DNA of 64,000 nucleotides from the NCBI GenBank assembly GCA_965649765.1, contig OZ287749.1, positions 51,026,001 through 51,090,000 of the forward strand, written 5' to 3'. The position numbers were made by a program, and so were the translations under genes. Every line of letters starts with the position of its first letter. The first letter of the stretch is position 1. Source of the stretch: Bispira polyomma. Its lineage: Eukaryota. The notes below the pieces were generated by a model, which did no database searches, had not been told where the DNA came from, and saw only the letters and a program-made list of their open reading frames with translations. This document shows, in pieces, positions 51,497-61,819 of the stretch.

Positions 51497-54048
51497 TCCA
51501 GGTTAGCTCAGTCGGTAGAGCATCAGACTTTTAAGACAATAACCTTGAAGTGATCTGAGGGTCAAGGGTTGGAGTCACTTATTGGGCGAAAGCTTTTACA
51601 CTGATTGATGACAGCCCTACCTAACACATAATTAGCTGCAAAGACATTGCAACTGTTGTTGTTGTGTCATAAATTCATGTTAAGATATCAGTCACTATTC
51701 TCCATTACAGCCATCTTTAAAGAGATACCAAAGTCTCTTGTTTTGTTGAAACTTTGCTGACTACAGTGGATCTTTTGCAATTCCAAATATCCAAATATAT
51801 TTAGGTACAATCATCAAGTGTGAATATAACACTGTATTTTAGCAAACACATCAGTGGGCGTCAACACATACAAAAGTAGTTACTCCAGATGTTACATCTT
51901 AAATAATGCCCTAGATGATTTCTTTTCTATGCTCGGTTACCTCAGTAGGTAGAGCATCAGACTTTTAGTACAATTGTCTTGAAGTGATCGGAGGGTCAAG
52001 GGTTCGAGTCCCCTATTGGGTGAAAGCTTTTACAATTATTGATGTCAGCCCTACTTAACACACAATCAACAACAAAGACATTGGAACTGTTGTTGTGTCA
52101 TGATTTCATGTTGAGATATCAGTCAATTATCTCCATTCCAGCCATCTGTAAGGAGGATACAGTGGATCTTTTTGCAATATTGACTACAATTTTTTGCAAT
52201 TCTAAATATCCAAATATATTTAGGTACAATCATCAAGTGTGAATGTAACACCGTATTTTAGCAAATGCATTGGTGGGTATCAAAACATTTGGGTTCAAGT
52301 CCCTTATTGGATGAAAGGTTTCACAATTATTGATGACAGCCCTACTTAACACATAATCAGCTGCAAAGACATTGGAACTGTTTGAGCTATGTCATCATTT
52401 CATGATAAGATATTAGTCACTTTTCTCCATTACAGCCATCTTTGAAGAGATACCAAAGTCTCTTTAGTTTTGTTGAAACTTTCCTGACTACAGTGGATCT
52501 TTTTGCAATATTCACTATAATTTTTCGCAATTCCATATCACACAAAAGAATGCTCTAGATTTTTTGTGTTCAAAGCCCGGTTAGCTCAGACTTTTAAGAC
52601 AATAACCTTGAACTGATCTGAGAGTCAATGGTTGGAGTCCCTTATTGGGTGAAAGCTTTTACACTGATTGATGACAGCCGTACCTAACAGATAATCAGCT
52701 GCAAAGACATTGCAACTGTTGTTGTTGTGTCATAAATTCATGTTAAGATATCAGTCACTATTCTCCATTACAGCCATCTTTAAAGAGATACCAAAGTCTC
52801 TTGTTTTGTTGAAACTTTGCTGACTACAGTGGATCTTTTGCAATTCCAAATATCCAAATATATTTAGGTACAATCATCAAGTGTGAATATAACACTGTAT
52901 TTTAGCAAACACATCAGTGGGCATCAACACATACAAAAGTAGTTACTCCAGATGTTACATCTCAAATAATGCCCTAGATGATTTTTCTTCTAAGCCCGGT
53001 TAGCTCATTCGGTAGAGCATCAGACTTTTAAGACAATTGCCTTGAAGTGATCTGAAGGTCAAGGGTTCGAGTTCCTTATTGGGTGAAAGGTTTCACACGT
53101 ATTGATGACAGCCCTGCTTAACACATAATCAGCTACAAAGACATTGGAACTGCTGTTGTTGTGTCATCAATTGATGTTGAGATATTATTCACTTTCCTCT
53201 ATTACAGCCATCTTTGAAGAGATACCAAAGTCTTTTTTAGTTTGGTTGAAACTTTGCTGACTACAGTGGATCTTTTGCAATATTGACTATAATTTTTACA
53301 ATTCCAAATCACACAAAATAATGCCCTAGATGTTTTGTGTTCTGGTCTAGAGTTTGCAATATTGACTATAATTTTTTGCAATTCCAAATATATTTAGGTA
53401 CAATCATCAAGTGTGACTATAACACTGTATTTTAGCAAACCCATTGGTGGGTATCAACACATGCAAAAGTAGTTACTCCAGATGTTACATCTCAAATAAT
53501 GCCAATGATGATTTGTCTTCTAAGCCCGGTTAGCTCAGTCGGTAGAGCATCAGACTTTTAAAACAATGGCCTTGAAGTGATCTGAGGGTCAAGGGTTTGA
53601 GTCCCGTTTTGTGCGAAAGGTTTTACACTGATTGATAACAGCTCTACTTAACACATAATCAACTACAAAGACATTTCAAGTGTTGTTGTGTCATGAATTC
53701 ATGTTAAGATATCAGTCCGTTTTGTCCATTCCAGCCATCTTTAAGGAGATAGCAAAATCTCTTTACTTTAGTTTAAACTTTGCTGACTACAGTGAATCTT
53801 TTGCAATTCCAAATATTCAAATATATTTATGTACAATCATCAAATGTAAATATGACACTGTATTTTAGCAAACACATTGGTGGGTATTAATACATACAAA
53901 AGTAGTTTCTCCAGAAGTTACATCTCAAATATTGCCCTAGATGTTTTGTGTTCAAAGTCTGGTTAGCTCAGTTGGTAGAACATCAGACTTTTAAAAAAAT
54001 GCCTCTGAAGTGATCTGAGGGTCAAGGGTTCGAGTCCCTTATTGGGCA
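51497..54048 (+). pseudogene. Degenerate tRNA-Lys copies at the right array edge (~51497, 51931, 52575, 52994, 53524, 53957)
   Basis: Progressively more substitutions; the 52575-52651 copy lacks 15 bp of the D arm. Confidence 0.85.
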
Positions 54049-54382
54049 GAAGCTTTTACACCGATTGATGACAGACCCACCTCACACATAATCAACTACA
54101 AAGACATTTCAAGTGTTGTTGTGTCATAAATTCATGTCGAGATATTAGTCACTTTTCTCCATTACAGCCATTTTTGAAGAGATAGCAAAGTCTCTTTAGT
54201 TTTGTTGAAACTTTGCTGACTACAGTGGATCTTTTGCAATATTGACTATAATTGTTTGCAATTCCAAATATCTAAATATATTTAGGTACAATCATCAAGT
54301 GTGAATATAACACTGTATTGTAGCAAACACATTGGTGTGTATCAACGCATTCAAAAGTAGTTACTCCAGATGTTACATCTCA

Positions 54383-54955
54383 GTGACTTATTACCAGGGT
54401 AATATAATTCAGCATTCTCACCAAAGGCAAGGTTACTTTAAAGGTTTTCTTAGTAGGTGTCAGTTATTCCAGGGATTCTCCAAGTGGGTATCAAAGACAC
54501 AGTTATTCTGTATGAGGTAGAAACTTGAGGTACGATACAGAGTGGGGATACAGAGTGGGGAAAAAATATACCCCATATTTTGATTTTCCCTCATGGAGTT
54601 TTTAGGAAGTCCTATAGGAGGAAATACTCTTAGCATAAGGATCCAAGATGATATTCATGGGGATTATGCCAAAGATTACAGTCCTTGGAATAGAGGCAGA
54701 TTGGAGTAATTAGATTTAAGGGAACAGTCTATGATTTAAGGAAACAGGGGGTAATATATCAGTCTCTGGATGAATGCTTATTCCGCAGTAGATGAATATA
54801 TGACCCCAGGGGAAAGGGTAAAACCTTATTCCTCAGTATTAATTGATCTCCAAAGTCATGAAAGAATACATTATCCTACTCTGGTAAGGGCTCTCTGTAT
54901 TAGGTTTGAACCAGAAAACCAGTTGCGATTGAACAAGGCTCAGTTATAGGGTAGA
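54383..54955 (+). mobile_element. Non-array insertion containing a degenerate Gypsy/Ty3 Gag-like fragment
   Basis: The array breaks abruptly at 54382. Frame 54833-54946 reads SVLIDLQSHERIHYPTLVRALCIRFEPENQLRLNKAQL, resembling the LV.AL..RFEP.NQ...Y.AQL motif I recall from invertebrate Gypsy Gag proteins. No LTRs seen. Confidence 0.45.
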
Positions 54956-55032
54956 CAGACATTCGAACTGTTGAAATAATAATTTTAAAGCACTCCAGGT
55001 TTTACATTTGAATGGTGATCCATATTCTTCAA

Positions 55033-55070
55033 GCCTGGTTAGCTCAGTCGGAAGAGCATCAGACTTTTAA
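55033..55070 (+). pseudogene. Orphan 5' half of tRNA-Lys
   Basis: gcctggttagctcagtcggaagagcatcagacttttaa, preceded by degenerate spacer (actccaggtttacat); similarity ends at the 5' splice site. Confidence 0.85.
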
Positions 55071-55585
55071 AGAGTTCACGCAATTATGAAAGTATTCATC
55101 TGTGATAAAATATGCCATTTTGAGATTTAAAGGGTTAATTAATCACCTTGAAACAAAGATCTAATTTAAAAGCCTGATTATAAGTATGTCATTGTGTAAT
55201 AAACATCCATAGCAGATAATTTTGACACAAATATGATTAAATGTCAAGAATGGATTGGTGAGATACCTTACTACAATGTTAATGACTTTATACGAAAAGA
55301 CAACAAAACCTAAGTCGATTTTTAAAAACAGAAATAAAGTGTCCCTAAAGTTGAAGAAATAATGAAAGTACTTTGAGTGTACAAAGTTAAAGTATAGCTT
55401 AATGAAGTGATAATAATGAAATAAAAAGTAATATTTCTCTGAAATTTTCACATCTTATATAAACTTGAAAAGCAGATGAATAAATGATTTCATGAAAAGC
55501 CGGAATCCCAAGTGGAATACACATATATTAAGTGGAAATATCTTTCAGCAAAGCTGAGACGAACATAAATAATTCTCTGTTATAT

Positions 55586-55591
55586 TTTATT
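55586..55591 (-). promoter_or_regulatory. Candidate polyadenylation signal of the LAS2-like gene
   Basis: AATAAA on the minus strand about 125 nt after the stop codon; AT-rich context weakens the call. Confidence 0.35.
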
Positions 55592-55714
55592 CTCTTCTTA
55601 TCTTACAATGTGAAAATATAGAAAACTAATTACACAAATATATAGAAAAGTAAATTACATCTATATTGCTCCTCTGAATATTTTACAGTGAAATATTCAG
55701 ATAATATCAAACAT

Positions 55715-55817
55715 TCAAATAATATCATAATCATCTTCTTGGTTTTCCGCGACCATTTCCTGCTCATCTGGAGTAAAATGAACTAAGTCTTTTAGCTTCG
55801 TCAAATGCTCCATGGCT
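55715..55817 (-). CDS. LAS2: LAS2/C18orf54-like gene, terminal exon (KAMEHLTKLKDLVHFTPDEQEMVAENQEDDYDII*)
   Basis: Acceptor ttttttctgttcag; phase 2 matches the previous exon; TGA at 55717-55715. SLTKAMEHLTKLKDLV resembles the LAS2 C-terminal SLQKALHHLSRLRDLV motif as recalled. Confidence 0.82.
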
Positions 55818-56829
55818 CTGAACAGAAAAAAGGTAATATTGAAAGAAAATGTGCAAAAGAACATAATGTTAAGATATAAAAAGATAAATTATTTAAAGTT
55901 TGATGCCTTTTTAGTACAATGAAATGTACTCTGTCAATGCTGAATGGGAAACAATCTCAAACTCTCCACTGAATATCTGAACCATTTAGAAGTTCCAGTG
56001 AGTAGTAACCGACACATAGATACAATACACAAGATCAATACTCTAAGGTCAAAGGCCAAAATGAGATCAGAAACAAGGATGCTGTCCAATTATTGATACA
56101 AAATGAAATGAAATTCCTGCAACAAGTATATCACTAAGGTTTAATTAAGAAAATATTTTTTAGGTCAAAGTCATTACTAAGGCTGCATATTTTTATTCAA
56201 GTGATTTAAGATTTTAGTACTTTTTTCATTGAGCTCTTTTAATGATACCAATAAGAGAATCCTTAGATCCAGTCATACAGACCATGACATATATAGAATA
56301 GTTCTTGTGATATAATTCATAAAAAAAATTATATTTGCTATAAGTAGCATATATTGACTTACAATCTGTACTTTCAACTTATAAAAATTCAAAAGAGCTT
56401 ATTTCAATCTTTAAACATTTACTTTTACAAATAACCTTTTTAGTTTGATAAAACTTCTACCATCTCCGCTAAAATCTTGTCCTCTCTATTGTTTTAAAAC
56501 TTGTTTTTATTTATTTTTTAAAAGAAATTTTATTTTATTTTTTCCAACATTCTTTTTCTGTATTCTCCACTATATTTAGGTCTGTTGGTGGCCTTATTAG
56601 TTTTACTGCAGTGGCCTTGTGTCTTGTAAATTCAATTTATTAAACATTTGCTTTATGGGTATATCTTGACCTCAAAATTACCTTTCTTGACAAAAACTGA
56701 AGTTCTATTTTAATCAAGACATGTTTAAATAGTATATCGGTGTGAACAAAAATTTTATTAATAAAGGAAATCAGTAAATAACGACTTTAGAAGGCTATCG
56801 AATAAACATGAAGTAACAATAGTTCTTAC

Positions 56830-56930
56830 TTGGTTAAGCTTGGTGCCCCTTGAGAGTAACTAGTTGAAAGTAACTTCTTGGTTTCTGGGGACAACAGCTT
56901 GCTAATAGAATCATTTAAGGGAAGATCTAC
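56830..56930 (-). CDS. LAS2: LAS2/C18orf54-like gene, internal exon (VDLPLNDSISKLLSPETKKLLSTSYSQGAPSLT)
   Basis: cag acceptor and gtaaga donor; 101 bp, phase 0 to 2, open frame. Confidence 0.82.
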
Positions 56931-57440
56931 CTGTATAAATAAATATTTACATACACATCATGTCTCTGAGTCAATGGGCAGCCTGAAAGGAAATACAAAT
57001 CCTTAAAATGCATGGTATATGCCATAGTAGAACGTCCAATTCGGTAGAATTTAAAATTGGCATTTTACAAAGTTTATGTTAGCAATTCTACTTATATAAT
57101 GTCCAATTCTGTTTATTATAATTACTTCTATGAATTCCCTAAATGATCAACGAGACTACATATGTAACTCCCAAGTAATTTTAAAAATAGATTTCGGCAC
57201 AAAGGATGAAAATAACAGTAAAGTTTGAATACATATAACACTACAATAAATCCGGGCTGGCAATGGGAACAACTGGATATTTCTGTCCGATATATTTGAT
57301 CTAAAGCACACTGTTAATGTTAACACAGTAAGGAAGTTGGCATTTTACTAATATAGGTGCATTTATATATGACTGCCGACCTTCCGATCACTAGGCTAAC
57401 TATATTGCCTGGCTACTAGGCCATGGGAGACCACAATACA

Positions 57441-57689
57441 TTTGAATTGGGATATTTAACATCCACTCTAGTACCTGTTTAGGTTATATTGGGATGGGTA
57501 GTTCGAAATGCTGGAGGAAACACTGCATACAGTTGATCAAGGTTCTGCACTGAAACCAGCGGCCCACAGTAAGGAACCACCACCTTTCCCACATAGGCAT
57601 CGACGGGATTCAAACTCACGCCGCCCAGAGGTGAGAGACCAGTGATTGTGAAGCGCAATGCTTGCTAACCACTAGGCCACCGCGGCCCC
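57441..57689 (-). mobile_element. tRNA-derived SINE (possibly MetaSINE-type) in an intron
   Basis: Minus strand begins GGGGCCGCGGTGGCCTAGTGGTTAG (A box), then GAGTTTGAATCCC (B box), a non-tRNA body TGTGGGAAAG...CAGAACCTTGATCAACTGTATG...TTTCCTCC, and a tail ...GTGGATGTTAAA. GC-rich island in an AT-rich intron. Confidence 0.75.
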
Positions 57690-57717
57690 GAGACCACAAT
57701 ACGGGCTCAACCCTTAC

Positions 57718-57867
57718 CAGCTCCCCATTCTCAGATCCCTCCACTGGACTAGTAGTCTCCTCCTTGACTGATGTCCCCAGACTCTGGACTGTAAACAACA
57801 TGTTCTTTAAGGCCTCCAGGGGGCCTGGTGGTTGTGACATATCTCCTCCTGGAATACCTGGCTGGCT
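57718..57867 (-). CDS. LAS2: LAS2/C18orf54-like gene, internal exon (SQPGIPGGDMSQPPGPLEALKNMLFTVQSL...ENGEL)
   Basis: tttacag acceptor and gtaagg donor; 150 bp, phase 0 to 0. GPLEALKNMLFTVQ resembles the LAS2 GPVEALKQMLFNLQ motif as recalled. Confidence 0.85.
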
Positions 57868-58338
57868 CTGTAAAGAATATCTAACACAGATGATCATATT
57901 CACTTTTAAATTTAATTTAGTATAATTGTCAAACTTTCTCAGCACTTGTTTTGTTTTTTGATCTTACCAAATTACAAGGCTCTAGAATAAAATGACAATC
58001 TGAATCCCCAAATTATTAATGATGATTAAAAAACAAAATTCGAAGTTGGAAAGGTTTTTGCTGAAGATCATTTTCATAACATAAGTTACATAACCACAAA
58101 ATAGAATTTCAAAATATGTCAAAACAATTCAACAAAAAACAGAGTTTTAATCCCTGTCAACAAAAACAGTAGCAAGGCTTTGATTTTCTGTCAAGAGAAT
58201 TTGAAATTCCATCAAAAGATTTGACAGATATTATTAGTTTCTTTTGACAGCACATTATAAATTCTGTCACACTATATCACAGAAATTTTATGTTGTTTAC
58301 ACAATAGCTGACTTTTTTTAGCAGAATTTATTGCTTAC

Positions 58339-58438
58339 CCCAGCTTCAGCCATACAGTCAGCCATGAACTCTTCAAACATATTCTTTGACCCAACATCAA
58401 CTCCATTGTTGGATGATGAGACAGGCTGAGGCAGTTTG
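58339..58438 (-). CDS. LAS2: LAS2/C18orf54-like gene, internal exon (FKLPQPVSSSNNGVDVGSKNMFEEFMADCMAEAG)
   Basis: tgtgtag acceptor and gtaagc donor; 100 bp, phase 2 to 0. Confidence 0.82.
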
Positions 58439-59184
58439 CTACACAAAATGAGGCACAGCAGGAAAACACCGTAAGTGAGGACCTATATATCTATCTAGTG
58501 TTCACCTATACCAGTGTTCTTGCCTGTATCTGTTTTCACAGAGGGAAACAATAGACTTAAACTCTTCACACAGCCTTCACACACCTTTTCTGTACATATG
58601 CGGATGGGAATGACATAAATTCAATTTGTTTGCATGGTTAACTTAATGTGTTGTATTCCGAGAATACTGATATGGACACAGAAAGGTCTAGTACTACACT
58701 AGTAACTCCATTGTTAAAAGTTTTGGAGAGCAAAAACTTTAACTGGTTAACTTTTTTATGTGTTGTGAATACTGATATGGTTAAGGACATGGATACAGGT
58801 GAACACAACACAATAGATTTCTTAGTGGAGAAATCTATTGTTAACAGTTTTGGAGATTGAAAGAAGTAAACTGCAGATGTTCATCCTGTAATCGTAAGGT
58901 AATATGTCTACTAGTCATCTCATTTTAAAAGTCACTTTTATAAGCATAATATTTTTTACATAAGTTGGGTACTTAATTATCCTGTATTATAATTCGGATG
59001 CGTTAATAGCCTGTTTTTAAATTAACGCTTTTTACAGCTGTTACTTGTAAATAATAACCCCTAGTAGTGGTAGTAACATAGAGGCTTAGCTAATAATATG
59101 AGGATTAGCAACCTAGATGTTAATAGGCTACTTGAATGTATTGTGTAACAAAAACTACCTGTATATGTAAAGTAACTTAACGGC

Positions 59185-59400
59185 ATGGTATATAACATCT
59201 TATTGTACCTCGACGGTGAATCCAGTGACCCTATTGGTTAAAATACGATCACGTGACATAATATAAAACCTGATATGGCCCACTAAAACTTTGATATGGC
59301 CCTCTGAAATTTTTTTGAAATGACGGCCCTCAAGCCATATTGGCCATGTCCTCAGGTGCATATATATCCCAGTATGGCCCTCACAAACAGCTTATATTCT
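59185..59400. mobile_element. Possible small non-autonomous DNA-element relic
   Basis: Locally repeated (t)atggccc/ggccct motifs, a cacgtg palindrome and a ctattggtta motif; family not assignable by eye. Confidence 0.3.
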
Positions 59401-59618
59401 GATATTATATACAATGTTTGGCTTTATGACTTACATATCGTGGGACTGAGCCAGTCAGAACTCTCACAAAGTAATCAGCTTTTTTTTAACCTTTTCTTTA
59501 CTGTCCAAGTACAGCCAATAATCTCCATATTTCCAATCAAACTGTATGGAGCAATTTGATAGGCCAAATACTTAAGAAAAGTCACTGAGAATACCAGAAT
59601 TTTCCAATGACTACTCAC

Positions 59619-59760
59619 AAAGCAGGCAGTTTCTCCCAGGGCCTGTCACCTTCCAGTACAGCTTCTGTGGTCAGGCTGTCTTGAGTATCATCAGACGTGA
59701 GAAATTCAGACACAGTAGGAACTCCAGACAATAGCTTCTGGATCCTCTCCAGATAACCTC
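59619..59760 (-). CDS. LAS2: LAS2/C18orf54-like gene, internal exon (GGYLERIQKLL...EAVLEGDRPWEKLPA)
   Basis: ttattacag acceptor and gtgagt donor; 142 bp, phase 1 to 2. LEGDRPWEKLPAFKLPQPV resembles the LAS2 EADRSWENIPVTFKSPVPV motif as recalled. Confidence 0.85.
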
Positions 59761-60238
59761 CTGTAATAAGAATACATGTAAACTGATAAAGAACACAGAA
59801 TATACTTAACACATTTTAACATTACGAGTTTGTGTCTTTCAATAGTGATTGGTAAACTACAAAAAAAAATACTAGTGACCTGAATGGGTACCAAGTTTCC
59901 TGAGTTTTTACCAGTAACTACCACCTTAATCATATTTTGTTGAACGGATTACCCCATTAAAAATTTGTTTATTGGTCAAAGAGTTTGAAAATCCCTTCTA
60001 AAATGATAAGCCCATATGTTATTTGTAACTCTCTAAATGTGCTGTCTTTTTCGGTCAAGGTTTGTTAAATTTACCGGGTTTTTTCAATACCACCTTTGGT
60101 GAATATGATATTGTCCCGATTGTAGTGGGAGACTCATAATTCATAAAATAATAGGGCTAAAGTGAGTTCATTGAATAGAATGTTCATATAAACGAGGTTA
60201 CAGTGTAACAAGTACATCTGTATCTGTGTTATACTCAC

Positions 60239-61819
60239 CTTGTCCCGTAGCACTGTGTACCTCAGCATTAGGAGATTGTCGCAATCCTTCACCCAGCGTG
60301 CCCACACTACTCGCACTGTCATCTATATCCCTCATCAAACCTTTCAGGAACTCTTTATACTTGGCTTCCTTAATATCTCTTAGTGATGTATCATTTTTGC
60401 TGACTCGGGAGTCTTCTCTTTTTGAGTATTTACTATACCTGTCCATACTGGTATCGAGAGGTGTATCAAATGGGTTTCTGAGTACATGCATGTCTGATTT
60501 ATCTAGTAGAGTCAGGTGACCATTGCTTGGCCTTGGAAGAGAATTTGACCTTGGTTTCCTGTCAGGTGGAGCAAACCCTGAAGGATCACATGTCAGCAGG
60601 TCATCAGTAGTAAAACTCACACGACTCATGGCTCCTCTAGTCTTTCCTGGGGACATGGTCTTTAGGATGCCAACATTTCCACCACCGACAAAACTTGTTT
60701 TTACCGGGGTACCGGTGTGCACCTTAGACAAGTCAAAACTCCCTTGCAATTCTGCAGAATGCGCTGCTGGTTTTGAGTGTCTTGTATTAAGATCATGTAG
60801 TTGGAGACCCTGTCCTATGCTTGACTTACTCGTTTCCAGGTCAAACCTCAGCTGCTTGGTTCCAATGTTGTCCTCTCTCACTTCCCGTTTCGGGGTACTA
60901 GAGACTTTTATCAGCCCTGGTTTGTGGGGTAAGGCCCCCTTCATCATATGACCAGTAATAATACTACTACTAGTACCATCAGATTCTGCTCCAGATGCCA
61001 TGTCAATATAACTGCCCTGTGGATTCTTACCAAAACCATGTTTATTAGCCTTGCCAGGTCTCCTGTTACCATCACCCATGTAACCACCTGTACTAGTTTG
61101 GGATTTCATGCTCACATCTGCCATTGCTTTTCCCCTAACTCCACCCATGGCTACGGAGTCCTTCGTACTTAATCCTGAGAGATTCTGTGTGGTACTGTTC
61201 CTGGCACCTGTCCTATCTTGCAGTTTTGAATCCGACAGAAGAGATCGATTAGCCCTTTCCTCAAGCTTATTAATTCTCCTCAGTGTTTCATCAACAACTG
61301 TCGTCCCTGTTCTTTCTGTATCATGAGCTCTGTATCTTTCATCACTCCTACTCAAACTCACATCTGGTTTTTGAAACGATTGTTGCTGCTGCAAATTGGT
61401 AGCCAGATGCTCCATATGGTCCCTTTCCTTGGTAAGATGTGTAGAAGTATTCATTCCATTATGACTATACTGCCCTGATGCTGACCATGGATCACTCCTT
61501 GGAAGGCTATCTTTTGATGAGTATCCACTAGCAGTCCTACCATCAGAATTAGTCCAATAGGCTCGAGGTTGTGAGGCAAGCAAAGGATTGGGGCTATCTA
61601 CTGGACCACCACCACTCTTGTGTGTTGAGAAGTCCCTAGACTTTGTTACATCAGAAGTTAGAAGACCAGTTCCTGTAGGTCTTGCATCCAACAATGTCTC
61701 AGTATCTGTACTGCCAGCAGACGGCCGACCTCCAGGTTGCATGCTTCTAGTTGGAGAGGGCAAACGATCATTCTCTAGTCTCTTCATTAGCTTCATACTG
61801 GCAGACAAGGAGCTTCTCA
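60239..61819 (-). CDS. LAS2: LAS2/C18orf54-like gene, large 1581-bp exon encoding an S/T/G-rich, probably disordered region
   Basis: 540-codon ORF trimmed by acceptor tgtgtttcag (61820) and donor gtgagt (60238); phase 1 to 1; contains SFTTDDLL, resembling LAS2 SLTTDDLL as recalled. Confidence 0.88.

Larger units (their letters stand above)
3535..54382 (+). repeat. ~51-kb tandem array of intron-containing tRNA-Lys(UUU) genes and pseudogenes with higher-order repeat structure
   Basis: 434-bp basic monomer (92-bp tRNA gene plus spacer). Three monomer classes: A (intron agacaataaccttgaagtg), B (intron agacaattgccttgaagtg or agacgattgctttgaagtg) and C (B-box fragment only). Periodicities can be read directly from the spacing of the repeated ORF. 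Confidence 0.98.

Noticed and set aside
6174-52242. 33 near-identical 67-74 aa ORFs (MMSAPLNTQSTTK...) as a tandem peptide gene family
   Set aside because: They start about 17 bp after a tRNA terminator-proximal end in B-type spacer, homologous A and C spacers are closed, and there are no splice, promoter or domain features. Identity reflects recent DNA amplification. Used only as position markers.
3535-54382. CRISPR-like or diversifying cassette array
   Set aside because: Spacers are homologous to one another rather than unique, the context is eukaryotic, and there are no cas or recombinase genes.
3535-54382. Tandem SINE array or 5S/snRNA repeat
   Set aside because: Units contain a complete cloverleaf with intron followed at once by a T4 terminator; no SINE tail or target-site duplications, and no 5S or snRNA motifs were recognised in the spacer.
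54534-54559. 13-bp direct repeat gatacagagtggg
   Set aside because: Adjacent slippage duplication with nothing between the copies, so not a target-site duplication.
55161-55451. 96-aa F/Y/I-rich minus-strand ORF
   Set aside because: Low-complexity AT-rich sequence downstream of the LAS2-like stop codon.
57005-57370. Degenerate inverted repeat (tagtagaacgtccaat / ttggcattttacta)
   Set aside because: Too diverged to define element ends without a library search.
57590-57689. A separate tRNA gene on the minus strand
   Set aside because: A and B boxes are present but there is no closed cloverleaf and the sequence continues into a SINE-like body.
58150-58330. Cluster of ctgtca/tgacag motifs
   Set aside because: Could be a transposon relic or homeodomain sites, but there are no boundaries or other support.
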